A stretch of 64,000 bases of DNA from contig CALXJY010000001.1 of the NCBI GenBank assembly GCA_944388755.1, positions 14,687-78,686 on the forward strand. The letters run 5' to 3'. This document shows positions 29,839-39,317 of the stretch, one piece after another. A model generated the notes under the pieces. It did no database searches. It was given only the letters and a program-made list of their open reading frames with translations, and was not told the DNA's origin. Numbering within the stretch: position 1 is the stretch's first letter; each line of letters begins with the position of its first letter. A program made the translations under genes and the position numbers. Source of the stretch: an uncultured Clostridia bacterium. Its GTDB lineage: Bacteria > Bacillota > Clostridia > TANB77 > CAG-508.

Positions 29839-32800
29839 CACTACTTTCTCTCATACCTAACAATTTTATAAGTGTTGGAATACCCTGTCTTACAATATAT
29901 CCATAGCTTCTTCCACAATTATTTACCAAATCTTGCCTATCATCTATACTAATAAGATATTGATCATCAATTCCGTTTCCAACATATATTCCAAAATCAT
30001 TTGATACATATGATTTATACCAATTATCATATTCATGGTTTTTTAATTTATTTACAGTTTCTACTATTATAAAATTATATAACCCTATTTCTTCAGCTGT
30101 TTTTAAAACTTCATTAAATTCTGTATCTTCTACAAATTCATTTATAAATTTATCAATTCCTATTATTATACATAACGTATTTTGTTTATTTTTTTCAAAG
30201 TTTTTCACAAAATTTTGATATTCTATTTTTGTTTTTTCTTTTTGTCCTACAGATGGTATTTCTGCATTTAATATAACTATATTCAAATTTTGTAATTTTT
30301 TTATTTCTTCAATAACATAATATAAAAATTCTACAGCATCATTTAAATTTTTAGATACAATAATATTCATAAGTCTTTTTGTAAAATCATATGTAGCTAT
30401 TTTTAGTTGTTTTTTTGTTAAGCCAATTGGTAATGTTTGTATATCTTTTAAATTTGGTTCAAAATCTTTCAGTGTTATTTTATCAGGAATAATTGGAATA
30501 CTTGGTGCAGATGGTTGCTCTGTAGTATCCAATGTATTAATAATTTCCTGCACATATGCATTATATTCTGCTTGTTCACATATTTTAGCAGTTTGGAATT
30601 CATAAATTTCATCACTATCTATAGTTATCAATCCTCTTCCAAAAATATGTGATGGTCTTTTCTTTCCTATTTTATCAAATATATTAAAATAATCATCTTC
30701 ATTATTTAATTGTAATACTATTTTCTTTTTAAAATTTTGTGTTAATCTATATCTCATCGCATTATAGACACTAACTGTAGTAATAAATATTATCCCACAT
30801 TTAGCACCTTCTCTTGTAATTGTTAAAAATATATCTTCATATTCCTCTTGAGTAATTTCTGAAAATGCTTCATAATTATTTAAAATAACTACCATCATCG
30901 GCATTGGCTTATTGCCTGTTTTTACAAATAATTGATAATCTCCATTATAATTTGATAAAATTTCTTTTCTATCTTTTATTTCATTTTGTATCATATCAAA
31001 AAATCTAGAAATTTTTTCATTTTCATTTGCTAAAACCACATCTCCAACTTGTGGTGCATTTCTATATATTTTTAATGCCTCACTTCCAAAGTCAAGTGCA
31101 TATATAATAACTTTTGTTGCATCATATGATGTAATTAGATTGTAAATTATTGTTCCCAATAATGTTTCTTTTCCACTTTCTGCATTTCCATATACAACTA
31201 TATTTCCCACATTTAAAAGATTTAAATTAACTAGACCTTGTCTTTGATTATATGGGTCATCATATTCACCAAGTATAACATTTATCCCATCTTTTAAATC
31301 TTTAACATGATATTTTTTCTTTAAATCTTCTACAAATATAGTCTCAGGTATACTATCTAACCATAAATTATGTGTTTGAATTTGTTCTTGCTTTGCTAAG
31401 TGATATATATATTTAACAATATTTGTTAATTGTTCACCCTTACTACTTATTACTTTTTGCGATGGATCTGCTACTTCTTTTATAGGTGCTCCTATATTAG
31501 AAATAAACTGTATTGAATTATCAATTTTCCTTTTTGCCATATCAGATGGATAATATGGTGCTCCTGACCATGCTGATTGTCCTAATACAAAATAATCGTC
31601 ATTACCAACTTGCATATAAAATTGTCCAGCTCCTCTTAAACTTGCAGCATCTGGTTTTTTTATAACATCCATACTGTCTTCTCTATCTTGCACTTTTAAA
31701 CATATAGCAAATTTGCTATTACTTCTAATTTGATCATTTACAATTCCAGCAGGTTTTTGTGTTGCTAATATCAAGTGAACACCTAAGCTTCTACCTATTC
31801 TTGAAACACTTATTAATTCATCCATAAATTCTTCTTGTTGTTGCTTTAATTCAGCAAACTCATCACAAATTATTAACAAATGAGGTATTGGCTCTTTTAT
31901 TATACCCTCATGATATAATTTTTGATATTTATAGATATCTATTGTTCCTTCATCTATCATGTTTCTAGCTTCATTAAATTTTATTTGTCTTCTTTTTAAT
32001 TCACTTTGTATTGATGCCAAAGACCTTTGTAACCCTATTGTATCAATATTTGTAATAGTTCCTACTAGATGAGGTAATTTTATCTGCCCTTTTGAAAAAG
32101 CTCCTGCTAATCCTCCACCTTTATAATCTATTAATAAAAATGTAACATCATCAGGCTGATAATTAATTGCCAAAGATAAAATATATGTTATTATAAATTC
32201 ACTCTTACCAGAACCTGTACTACCTGCAATAAGTCCATGTGGACCATGCATTTTTTCGTGAATATCTAAAACAATTGGCATCCCTGATGAATCTATCCCT
32301 ATTGGTGCTTTTAATGATAATGTAGAATCATTTTTTCTCCATCTTTCTAAAACATTTAACTGTTCTATTAATCCCACATCATACATTTCTAAAAATGTAT
32401 ATGTATTTGGCAACAGTCCACTACCTGTTCTCATATATCTAATCGGTATATTTGATATTGTTTGACATATTTTCTCAAAGAAGATTGTAAATGATGTATC
32501 AAATGTGATTTTTCTTTGGTTATTTGATGACATTTCACTATCAAATATAACTCCTGTATTATTTTCTAATGTTATAAATGTTTTACATTCATTTGGAAGT
32601 TGTGTCATATCTTCTGTGATACACAAAAGACTAAATCCCAGATTCTTTTTTGATTTCAACATTTCTGTTATTATTCTCAAATTTTCTATTTTAGTGTAAT
32701 CATCTGTTATTATTAAATAATATGGACTAAATGCTCTATAATCCATGTTTTCATCATATTGCATTCTTTCTTTCATTTCATCTTCAAGATATTTAGATAC

Positions 32801-34414
32801 TTCTTTCATATCTTCATAATTATCAGCATAAAATCTTATTTGTTTTGTATTGTTCCAAACATGTGGCAACATTTTTACATAATCCCAATAATTATCATTA
32901 TCTTTTTTTAATAAAAATACAAGTTTTAAATCTTCATAACTATGAAATGCTATTAATTGTACAATAAGAGATTGCATAAACTTTTTAAATGTTTCATTAT
33001 TTTTTACTACTAATGCTACTACATCTTTTTCAATTAATGATGTGACTATTGGTGCATCTTTTAATGTTTTTGATTTTTCTGCAATATCATTTAATATATC
33101 TACTAAATTATCATCCTCCATAGCAAAAGATTCTTCAGGATATTGTATTTCGATTTTTAGTGGCACATCACCTATTCCTAGTCTAACTTGTAAAAAGTCA
33201 TAATCTTCAATTTTCCTTTCCCAAAGTCTTGGCCCTTTTTCTAATATTATTTTTGTACATTCTTCTGCAGATACATAATTTTCAAAAAGAATTGCCTTTT
33301 GTTTAGACATAATTTTTTCTATTACTTTTCTCTTTTTATTCAAATATTCAGTATATCTTTTTTGACGTTTCTCTTCGTAACGCTTTTTTCTCCTTTTATC
33401 ATATTTAACATTCAAAATCGGAAATACAATTATACTTATAAGCATTGCCACTGCCATAGCCAATGAAAAAGCCGTATCTTTTGCAGTAGCTGTACCACTT
33501 ATTCTTCCATCTATAGTAGTTATAATTGAAATCATCATCATTAATCCCATTGCTAATGTTGATCCTAATACTAATATAGCAGGTGTATCTTCTTTATCTT
33601 GAATTTGTGGTGGAGCATCTATTTTGACCTTTTCAGTTTCTATTATATTTTTTATTCTTGGTGCTCTAGAAAAATACTCTTTATCAGAATATAACTCTAT
33701 ATTTTCCTGTATATCTTCACTAGACTGAGTTTTATCTATTACATATTTACTCTTATCTAGTTCAAAATATTTACTATTATATCTAACCGCATTTTGGGGA
33801 TTATTTATAAAGATACTATTTCCCATCATTATTACTTTAAGTCCCATAATAAAAATAACGTCGCCATTAAACAAAATTTTTGTTTCCCCAAAGATAGGCA
33901 TATTATTTACAAATGTTCCAAATCTGTTATCCAAATTCTCTATTACCCATCTTCCTGAATCTTTATAGATTCTTGCATGCGTATTTTTTACTAAGATATT
34001 ATTATATTCAATATGGTTTTGATTATTACTTCCTATATATATTTCTTTCGTATTTTTTATATTAAGATGTTCAAAACTATTTTCATAAACAGGAGAGCAA
34101 TATAAGATGTATAATTCTTCTAAGTTTCCAATACATATGCCATACATACTATATTCTTGTAATATAACTCTTTCTGTAACCTTTTCTCTACTTGGAATTA
34201 CAGAGATACTATTATTTGTAACATTTATAAATTTTGAGTTTATCACTTTTACATAATTATTACTTACCACTTGCCATTTTCCTGCTTTTCCCTCTATATT
34301 AACAAGTTTTTTTTCTTTTTCTTCTGTTTTATCTGTTATCCAATAATTTCCTACTGTAGTCTGTGGTAAAACTATTTTATGTATTGATTTTTTGCCTATT
34401 AATGTTACTAACAA
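29825..34414 (-). CDS. essC: type VII secretion system ATPase EssC/YukB (FtsK/SpoIIIE family)
   Basis: 1529 aa. Two FHA-like modules at the N-terminus (second: HARIYKDSGRWVIENLDNRFGTFVNN...LFNGDVIFIMG). TM pair at ~residues 278-336. Three P-loop-sized modules, with Walker A GSTGSGKSE and GNAESGKET visible. TTG start with GGGAGGGA RBS. Confidence 0.9.
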   Translation of the reverse strand: MLVTLIGKKSIHKIVLPQTTVGNYWITDKTEEKEKKLVNIEGKAGKWQVVSNNYVKVINSKFINVTNNSISVIPSREKVTERVILQEYSMYGICIGNLEELYILYCSPVYENSFEHLNIKNTKEIYIGSNNQNHIEYNNILVKNTHARIYKDSGRWVIENLDNRFGTFVNNMPIFGETKILFNGDVIFIMGLKVIMMGNSIFINNPQNAVRYNSKYFELDKSKYVIDKTQSSEDIQENIELYSDKEYFSRAPRIKNIIETEKVKIDAPPQIQDKEDTPAILVLGSTLAMGLMMMISIITTIDGRISGTATAKDTAFSLAMAVAMLISIIVFPILNVKYDKRRKKRYEEKRQKRYTEYLNKKRKVIEKIMSKQKAILFENYVSAEECTKIILEKGPRLWERKIEDYDFLQVRLGIGDVPLKIEIQYPEESFAMEDDNLVDILNDIAEKSKTLKDAPIVTSLIEKDVVALVVKNNETFKKFMQSLIVQLIAFHSYEDLKLVFLLKKDNDNYWDYVKMLPHVWNNTKQIRFYADNYEDMKEVSKYLEDEMKERMQYDENMDYRAFSPYYLIITDDYTKIENLRIITEMLKSKKNLGFSLLCITEDMTQLPNECKTFITLENNTGVIFDSEMSSNNQRKITFDTSFTIFFEKICQTISNIPIRYMRTGSGLLPNTYTFLEMYDVGLIEQLNVLERWRKNDSTLSLKAPIGIDSSGMPIVLDIHEKMHGPHGLIAGSTGSGKSEFIITYILSLAINYQPDDVTFLLIDYKGGGLAGAFSKGQIKLPHLVGTITNIDTIGLQRSLASIQSELKRRQIKFNEARNMIDEGTIDIYKYQKLYHEGIIKEPIPHLLIICDEFAELKQQQEEFMDELISVSRIGRSLGVHLILATQKPAGIVNDQIRSNSKFAICLKVQDREDSMDVIKKPDAASLRGAGQFYMQVGNDDYFVLGQSAWSGAPYYPSDMAKRKIDNSIQFISNIGAPIKEVADPSQKVISSKGEQLTNIVKYIYHLAKQEQIQTHNLWLDSIPETIFVEDLKKKYHVKDLKDGINVILGEYDDPYNQRQGLVNLNLLNVGNIVVYGNAESGKETLLGTIIYNLITSYDATKVIIYALDFGSEALKIYRNAPQVGDVVLANENEKISRFFDMIQNEIKDRKEILSNYNGDYQLFVKTGNKPMPMMVVILNNYEAFSEITQEEYEDIFLTITREGAKCGIIFITTVSVYNAMRYRLTQNFKKKIVLQLNNEDDYFNIFDKIGKKRPSHIFGRGLITIDSDEIYEFQTAKICEQAEYNAYVQEIINTLDTTEQPSAPSIPIIPDKITLKDFEPNLKDIQTLPIGLTKKQLKIATYDFTKRLMNIIVSKNLNDAVEFLYYVIEEIKKLQNLNIVILNAEIPSVGQKEKTKIEYQNFVKNFEKNKQNTLCIIIGIDKFINEFVEDTEFNEVLKTAEEIGLYNFIIVETVNKLKNHEYDNWYKSYVSNDFGIYVGNGIDDQYLISIDDRQDLVNNCGRSYGYIVRQGIPTLIKLLGMRESSDDNG

Positions 34415-34475
34415 TTATTCTCCCTCCCTTTTCTATCGTGTATTATTTTTTATTCTTTAGCTTAAATATATTTAT

Positions 34476-35753
34476 TTAAATTTTCTTATCCTTTTTATTA
34501 TCAATAATATCTTTAGCCTTATCTATAATAACTTTCTCTTTCTCTTCTATAGTTTTATTTATATCCTCACTATTTTCTGATTTGTTTGTCACATTACTTA
34601 ATCGACCTGATATGTTACTTGAACTTTTTGAAGATTTTGCACTTACAAATCCACCGGTAAATGCCATTAATATTTGGCTATTTGACATATTATTTTTTTT
34701 CATCAATTCAATTAAACTATCCATTCTTTTATTAAGTTTAATATTTATTGACTTAGAATCACTAATTTCAGTAATAATATCTGTTTTACTTTTCAATTTT
34801 TTGTTAATTATCTGTACTAACTCCTCTTTTGTTATATCTTGTTTCTGTAGTAATTCTACTAATTCGTTTACTTTCGCTTGAATTGATGCTTTATCAACTT
34901 TTTGAGTTTTGTCTGTTCCATTTACTACTACTGAACTTGTTCCTGATAATCCACCAGTTGAAGATGTTCCCGCAGATGAATTTGAATGTATGTTATTTCC
35001 ACCTGTAGAACCTGAATTTATATTAGCTTGCGAATCTTCACTCTTATTTGAATCATCAAATATTTTTTCACTTTTAGATTCTAATTCTGATACAAAATCT
35101 TTAGAAACATCTGTTATCTTATCACCAAGTCCTTTTATATCATCAAGTTTACTATTCAATTCTTTTTCAGTTATATCATTAACTTTAGAAGCAAGACCTT
35201 GTGCTTCACTATATATATTTTTTCCTCCGGAAACAATTTTTTCAATAAAATCTCCTGTAGAATCTATTCCCTTTTGCACATTTTCTTTAAAATTTTTTAT
35301 TTTTTGTTCTTTTGAAATTTCTCTTAATTTTGAAATTTTTGCCTGTGCCTCACCTCTAATATCAGTCAATTTTTCATAATTACTTTTTATTCCAGTTATT
35401 TTTTTAGAAATTGTATCTTTTGCAGAATTAACTAATGGATTATCTTGTTCCATAAGATTAGGTATTCCTCCTAGTGCCATATTACTTAACATAGCAGTAA
35501 TAGCTTGATTTCTAGCTTCTGCTTCATTTATCTTAGCAACATATCCACCTACTCCTGAATCTATACCTCCTAAACTACTTTCTATACCTGCTATTGTATT
35601 TGAAATACTTCTAAGTTCCCTTGCTTTTGGAAAATCAGATGGTGATTCTATTGAGTCTACTACACTTTTAGCACTTCTTAAATATCTTTCAGCTTGTTTA
35701 ATTCTTGATCTAACTCCACTCTGTAATCCAGTTGTATCAACTTTAAGTCCCAT
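34476..35753 (-). CDS. T7SS-associated helical / low-complexity protein (candidate substrate; LXG-like N-terminus without recognisable toxin domain)
   Basis: 425 aa from the ATG at 35753, with AAAGGAATGGG RBS. The N-terminus MGLKVDTTGLQSGVRSRIKQAERYL... is helical. It has a central S/G/T/N-rich tract and a K/S/N-rich helical C-terminus. No signal peptide and no TM segment. Confidence 0.55.
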   Translation of the reverse strand: MGLKVDTTGLQSGVRSRIKQAERYLRSAKSVVDSIESPSDFPKARELRSISNTIAGIESSLGGIDSGVGGYVAKINEAEARNQAITAMLSNMALGGIPNLMEQDNPLVNSAKDTISKKITGIKSNYEKLTDIRGEAQAKISKLREISKEQKIKNFKENVQKGIDSTGDFIEKIVSGGKNIYSEAQGLASKVNDITEKELNSKLDDIKGLGDKITDVSKDFVSELESKSEKIFDDSNKSEDSQANINSGSTGGNNIHSNSSAGTSSTGGLSGTSSVVVNGTDKTQKVDKASIQAKVNELVELLQKQDITKEELVQIINKKLKSKTDIITEISDSKSINIKLNKRMDSLIELMKKNNMSNSQILMAFTGGFVSAKSSKSSSNISGRLSNVTNKSENSEDINKTIEEKEKVIIDKAKDIIDNKKDKKI

Positions 35754-35805
35754 AATAATCCCATTCCTTTCTTTTAAAAGCAAAATTTGTTATATAAAAC
35801 CCATA

Positions 35806-36231
35806 TTATAACATATAGAATTGCTGTTGTAATTGGGCAATTGAAACTTTTGCATTTTTTATCCAATTATCTAGTTGTTCAATTTTTACTTCTAATTTTT
35901 TTATTTGCCTGCTAGCTTCACCTGAAACTCCGCTTAGTCGTGAAACAACTCCATCAATAGATGTCATTTTTTCAGACACCTCTCCTGCAAATTTTTTTAT
36001 AGAAAAACCTGAATAATTATTTAAAATAAAACTAGCTCTAGATAATTGAGCTTTTGCTGTTCTTAATTTACTCTGAGCAGAACTTATTTCAGTTTTCATA
36101 GCAATATATCTTCTCTTTTTTTCCATTGCTTCTTTTCGATCCGGCTCCCAAATAGCTAAAGAAGCATTTAGATTATCTATATCTGCTTGAATTCTTGCCT
36201 TAGCCTCTGCTCTTTCAAGTATACTACTCAT
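35806..36231 (-). CDS. T7SS-associated 141-aa all-helical protein (Lap/DUF5082-like by architecture)
   Basis: The start is most likely the ATG at 36231 (MSSILERAEAKARIQADIDNL...), preceded by AGGGGGG. Coiled-coil heptads run throughout, and it lies between the WXG100 gene and the 425-aa gene. Confidence 0.5.
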   Translation of the reverse strand: MSSILERAEAKARIQADIDNLNASLAIWEPDRKEAMEKKRRYIAMKTEISSAQSKLRTAKAQLSRASFILNNYSGFSIKKFAGEVSEKMTSIDGVVSRLSGVSGEASRQIKKLEVKIEQLDNWIKNAKVSIAQLQQQFYML

Positions 36232-36311
36232 AAAAACCCCCCTAAATATATTTTTATAAATATTTTCCTTGATAACTGAATATACAGTTACCAAAGAAAG
36301 TATTTATACTT

Positions 36312-36926
36312 TTAATTAACTGTATTTGCATTTTCTGTTGCTTGAATATCTTGCAATGTTTGTTGCATAGATTTTGTAAATGATGCATTAAATTCATCAA
36401 AAAATGTAGTTATGTTTTTCTTTAATTGCATAAATCTAGCTCTAAATTGAGTAGCTGCATCACTTACCCATTCAACTTTTGAATAAATTGTTTGAATTTG
36501 ATCCATTTTTTCTTTTGCATTTGTGAAATTTGCTGATACCTTTTTTTGTACATTAGCAACTTCATCAGACATAAATTTTAAGCCTTCTTCTGTACTTGGT
36601 GTTATAGCATTAATTTTTTTAGGTTCTGTTCTTGCAGCACTTGTTATTTTTCCAACACCATCTGCTGAAGAATAGTTATTTGCAATTGTTTCTAATGCAA
36701 ATGGAAGTTGTGCAACAACAAATTCTAATAGTTCTGACATTTGTGGTATCATATTATTAAATTGTTGTAACAAAGAATTATATCTTTTTCCATACCAAAC
36801 TGAATGCATATTAGCTATATTTGTATATGCTTCTATAAGTGCTTGGTTTAATTCTTGTCCTGCTGATCTCATTTGCTTTGCATATGATGGCATTGTTTCA
36901 TATTGTGCCTTAGGAATTCTTGCCAT
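36312..36926 (-). CDS. tandem (duplicated) WXG100/EsxA-like protein
   Basis: 204 aa from the ATG at 36926, with GGGGAGGTGAG RBS. The first half carries HSVWYGKRYNSLLQQF (W-x-G turn). The second half carries KVEWVSDAATQFRARF (a degenerate W-x-S turn). Each is flanked by ~40-aa helices, so the protein is two ~100-aa helical hairpins in one polypeptide. Confidence 0.6.
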   Translation of the reverse strand: MARIPKAQYETMPSYAKQMRSAGQELNQALIEAYTNIANMHSVWYGKRYNSLLQQFNNMIPQMSELLEFVVAQLPFALETIANNYSSADGVGKITSAARTEPKKINAITPSTEEGLKFMSDEVANVQKKVSANFTNAKEKMDQIQTIYSKVEWVSDAATQFRARFMQLKKNITTFFDEFNASFTKSMQQTLQDIQATENANTVN

Positions 36927-37131
36927 ATTACTCACCTCCCCATATATTATTATTAAGCATAAAACTTAATAAAAAGTATTACATCTAAAATATAACATAC
37001 CAACTTAAAATAGGCAATAGCAAATTCAACAAATTCTGAAAATAAAATCCATAAAATTTAGCTAACTCTTTTATATGTAAAATTTCATCGTATTTTTTTG
37101 TTTTATACTAATTATTGATTTTAACATATTT

Positions 37132-37170
37132 AATCTATTAGAAAAGTCAACATGACTTTTCTAATAGATT
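37132..37170. repeat. Palindromic repeat family A, short form (perfect 18-bp arms)
   Basis: AATCTATTAGAAAAGTCA-ACA-TGACTTTTCTAATAGATT. The core matches the copies at 6787-6819 and 39253-39285 with 2 substitutions. Confidence 0.8.
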
Positions 37171-37171
37171 A

Positions 37172-37216
37172 AAAAATAGAGATTGATAAATTTAAATTTT
37201 TCAAATCTCTATTTTT
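37172..37216 (-). terminator. rho-independent terminator after the AI-2E transporter gene
   Basis: Minus RNA reads AAAAAUAGAGAUU-loop-AAUCUCUAUUUUU, 13-bp arms ending in a U-run. It starts 8 nt after the stop at 37224. Confidence 0.7.
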
Positions 37217-37223
37217 ACTAAAG

Positions 37224-38336
37224 TTATGCTCTTAAAAAATCTTCCATTATAAGTTTAACAACAGCTGCAACAGGTACAGCTAAAAACATTCCCATAACAC
37301 CAAAATATGCTCCTCCAAGAGTTACAGCAAATATAACCAATAATGGACTTATTTTCAACGAATTTCCTATTATTTTAGGATTTATAATATTTGCATCTAT
37401 TTGTTGTAATACAATTACTACAATAATCATAACTATTGCTTGGGCTAACCCTCCTGTTATCAATGTTATGATTCCTGCTATTACAACAGCAATTATTGCT
37501 CCAAAATATGGTATTATATTAAATAACCCAATCATAAATCCTAATAATGGAGCATATTTTACTCCTATTATACTCATTGCAATTGTTACTAAAATTCCAA
37601 CTATAAATGCATCCATTATTTGGCTTCCTATAAATCTAAAAAACATTTCATTTGCTTTTCCAAAATATTTATCTAAATGCTCATAAGTTTCTTTGCTAAA
37701 TACCTTTTTTGATAATCTTTTTAAGAAATTTATTATTGAATCTCTTTGTAATAATATATATACAGATACAACTATTGCTACAAATACATCAAATATACTC
37801 GAAAATAATCCAAATACATTTTGTACATATCCCATTATCCTTTCATTATTTAAACTAAGCAATTGTTTAACATCAGTATTTTGAATTTGACTAACTAAAT
37901 CTTTTACAATTTGACTTTTAAAAAATGAATCTTCAGGTAATTCATCAAATTTATGTATTGCAGTTTCATAATATCCTTGAATATTACCAAATAACTCTAT
38001 AATACTATCTTTTAAAATTGGGAAAATAAAATTAATTATTATAATAAGTATTAATAAAGCTATAATGTAAGTAGTAAGAACACCAAATGCTCTAGCTCTT
38101 TTAGATAAAAATTTAATTTTACTTTTTTTGTAGGCATTTTCTATCTTTCTGCATGGCAAAATTAAAATATATGCTATAAATATTCCAATTAAAAATGGAC
38201 TCAATGTACTAAATAAAGTTCCAAACCAATTTTGTACATTACCAAAATTATCAAGAATTTTATATACTATAATTATACTAACTGCTAATAAAAACCACGA
38301 AATCCACTTTTTCCAATTACTTTTTAATTCATTCAT
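37224..38336 (-). CDS. AI-2E family transporter (PerM/UPF0118)
   Basis: 370 aa and polytopic, with the family-typical segment LFNIIPYFGAIIAVVIAG and the C-terminal LAVPVAAVVK. GGAGG RBS. Confidence 0.85.
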   Translation of the reverse strand: MNELKSNWKKWISWFLLAVSIIIVYKILDNFGNVQNWFGTLFSTLSPFLIGIFIAYILILPCRKIENAYKKSKIKFLSKRARAFGVLTTYIIALLILIIIINFIFPILKDSIIELFGNIQGYYETAIHKFDELPEDSFFKSQIVKDLVSQIQNTDVKQLLSLNNERIMGYVQNVFGLFSSIFDVFVAIVVSVYILLQRDSIINFLKRLSKKVFSKETYEHLDKYFGKANEMFFRFIGSQIMDAFIVGILVTIAMSIIGVKYAPLLGFMIGLFNIIPYFGAIIAVVIAGIITLITGGLAQAIVMIIVVIVLQQIDANIINPKIIGNSLKISPLLVIFAVTLGGAYFGVMGMFLAVPVAAVVKLIMEDFLRA

Positions 38337-38350
38337 AATAAAACATCCTC

Positions 38351-39106
38351 CTAAATATCAATTTCTAATCCAATTGGACAATGGTCACTTCCATATATTT
38401 CAGGATAAATTGTAGCTTCTTGTATTTTATCTTTAATTTTATCTGATACAATAAAATAATCTATTCTCCAACCAATATTTTTTTCTCTAGCTTTTCCCAT
38501 ATATGACCACCAACTATAACTATCTGTTTTATTCGGATATAAATATCTAAAAGTATCTACAAAGCCAACTTTTAAAAGTTCTGTCATTTTTTCTCTTTCC
38601 TCATCTGTAAATCCTGCATTACCCCTATTTGTTTTAGGATTTTTTAAATCAATTTCTTGATGTGCTACATTTAAATCTCCACACATTATCACTGGCTTTC
38701 TACTATCTAATTCTAATAAATATTTTCTAATTTCATCTTCCCAAATTTGTCTATATTCTAATCTTTCTAATTCTCTTTTAGAATTTGGAGTATATATTGT
38801 AACAACATAACAATTTTCAAACTCAAGTGTTATAACTCTTCCTTCTTTGTCATGTTCTTCAATACCAATTCCAAAAGTTACATTTAATGGTTCTTTTTTA
38901 GTATATATAGCTGTTCCTGAATATCCTTTTCTTTCTGCACTATTATAATATGATTTATATCCTTCAAATTTTAAGTCAATTTGCTCAGGTTGACACTTTG
39001 TTTCTTGTATACAAAAAATATCTGCATCTATATTTTTAAAAAAGTCTTCAAAACCTTTATTTATACATGCTCTAATTCCATTTACATTCCATGATATTAG
39101 TTTCAT
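38351..39106 (-). CDS. xth: exodeoxyribonuclease III
   Basis: 251 aa. MKLISWNVNGIRA...DIFCIQETK...GDLNVAH...SDHCPI are the ExoIII/AP-endonuclease family motifs. Confidence 0.92.
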   Translation of the reverse strand: MKLISWNVNGIRACINKGFEDFFKNIDADIFCIQETKCQPEQIDLKFEGYKSYYNSAERKGYSGTAIYTKKEPLNVTFGIGIEEHDKEGRVITLEFENCYVVTIYTPNSKRELERLEYRQIWEDEIRKYLLELDSRKPVIMCGDLNVAHQEIDLKNPKTNRGNAGFTDEEREKMTELLKVGFVDTFRYLYPNKTDSYSWWSYMGKAREKNIGWRIDYFIVSDKIKDKIQEATIYPEIYGSDHCPIGLEIDI

Positions 39107-39183
39107 TTTATTATTTCCTCTCTTTACTACTCTATTTAATTATTTATTATCTTAAAACACTTAATTCTAATTGCGTTATATTA

Positions 39184-39212
39184 TTATATAAAGTAAAACA
39201 CTATTTGTCAAC
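39184..39212 (-). promoter_or_regulatory. sigma-A type promoter of xth
   Basis: The minus strand reads TTGACA (39212-39207), an exact 17-nt spacer, then TATAAT (39189-39184). Confidence 0.6.
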
Positions 39213-39240
39213 ATTTTTTGGTTTTCCGTAATTTGTGTGC

Positions 39241-39285
39241 AACGTATTTTCTCTATTAGAAAAGTCAGCATGACTTTCCTAATAG
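39241..39285. repeat. Palindromic repeat family A, short form
   Basis: AACGTATTTTCT-CTATTAGAAAAGTCAGCATGACTTTCCTAATAG. The core is identical to 6787-6819 and the left flank is shared with 6775 and 57991. Confidence 0.8.
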
Positions 39286-39312
39286 AAGAAAAAATAAGAG
39301 CCTTAAGGCTCT
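39286..39312 (-). terminator. rho-independent terminator after the yabE-like gene
   Basis: Minus RNA reads AGAGCC-UUAA-GGCUCU followed by UAUUUUUUCUU. It starts 5 nt after the stop at 39318. Confidence 0.65.
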
Positions 39313-39317
39313 AGTTT

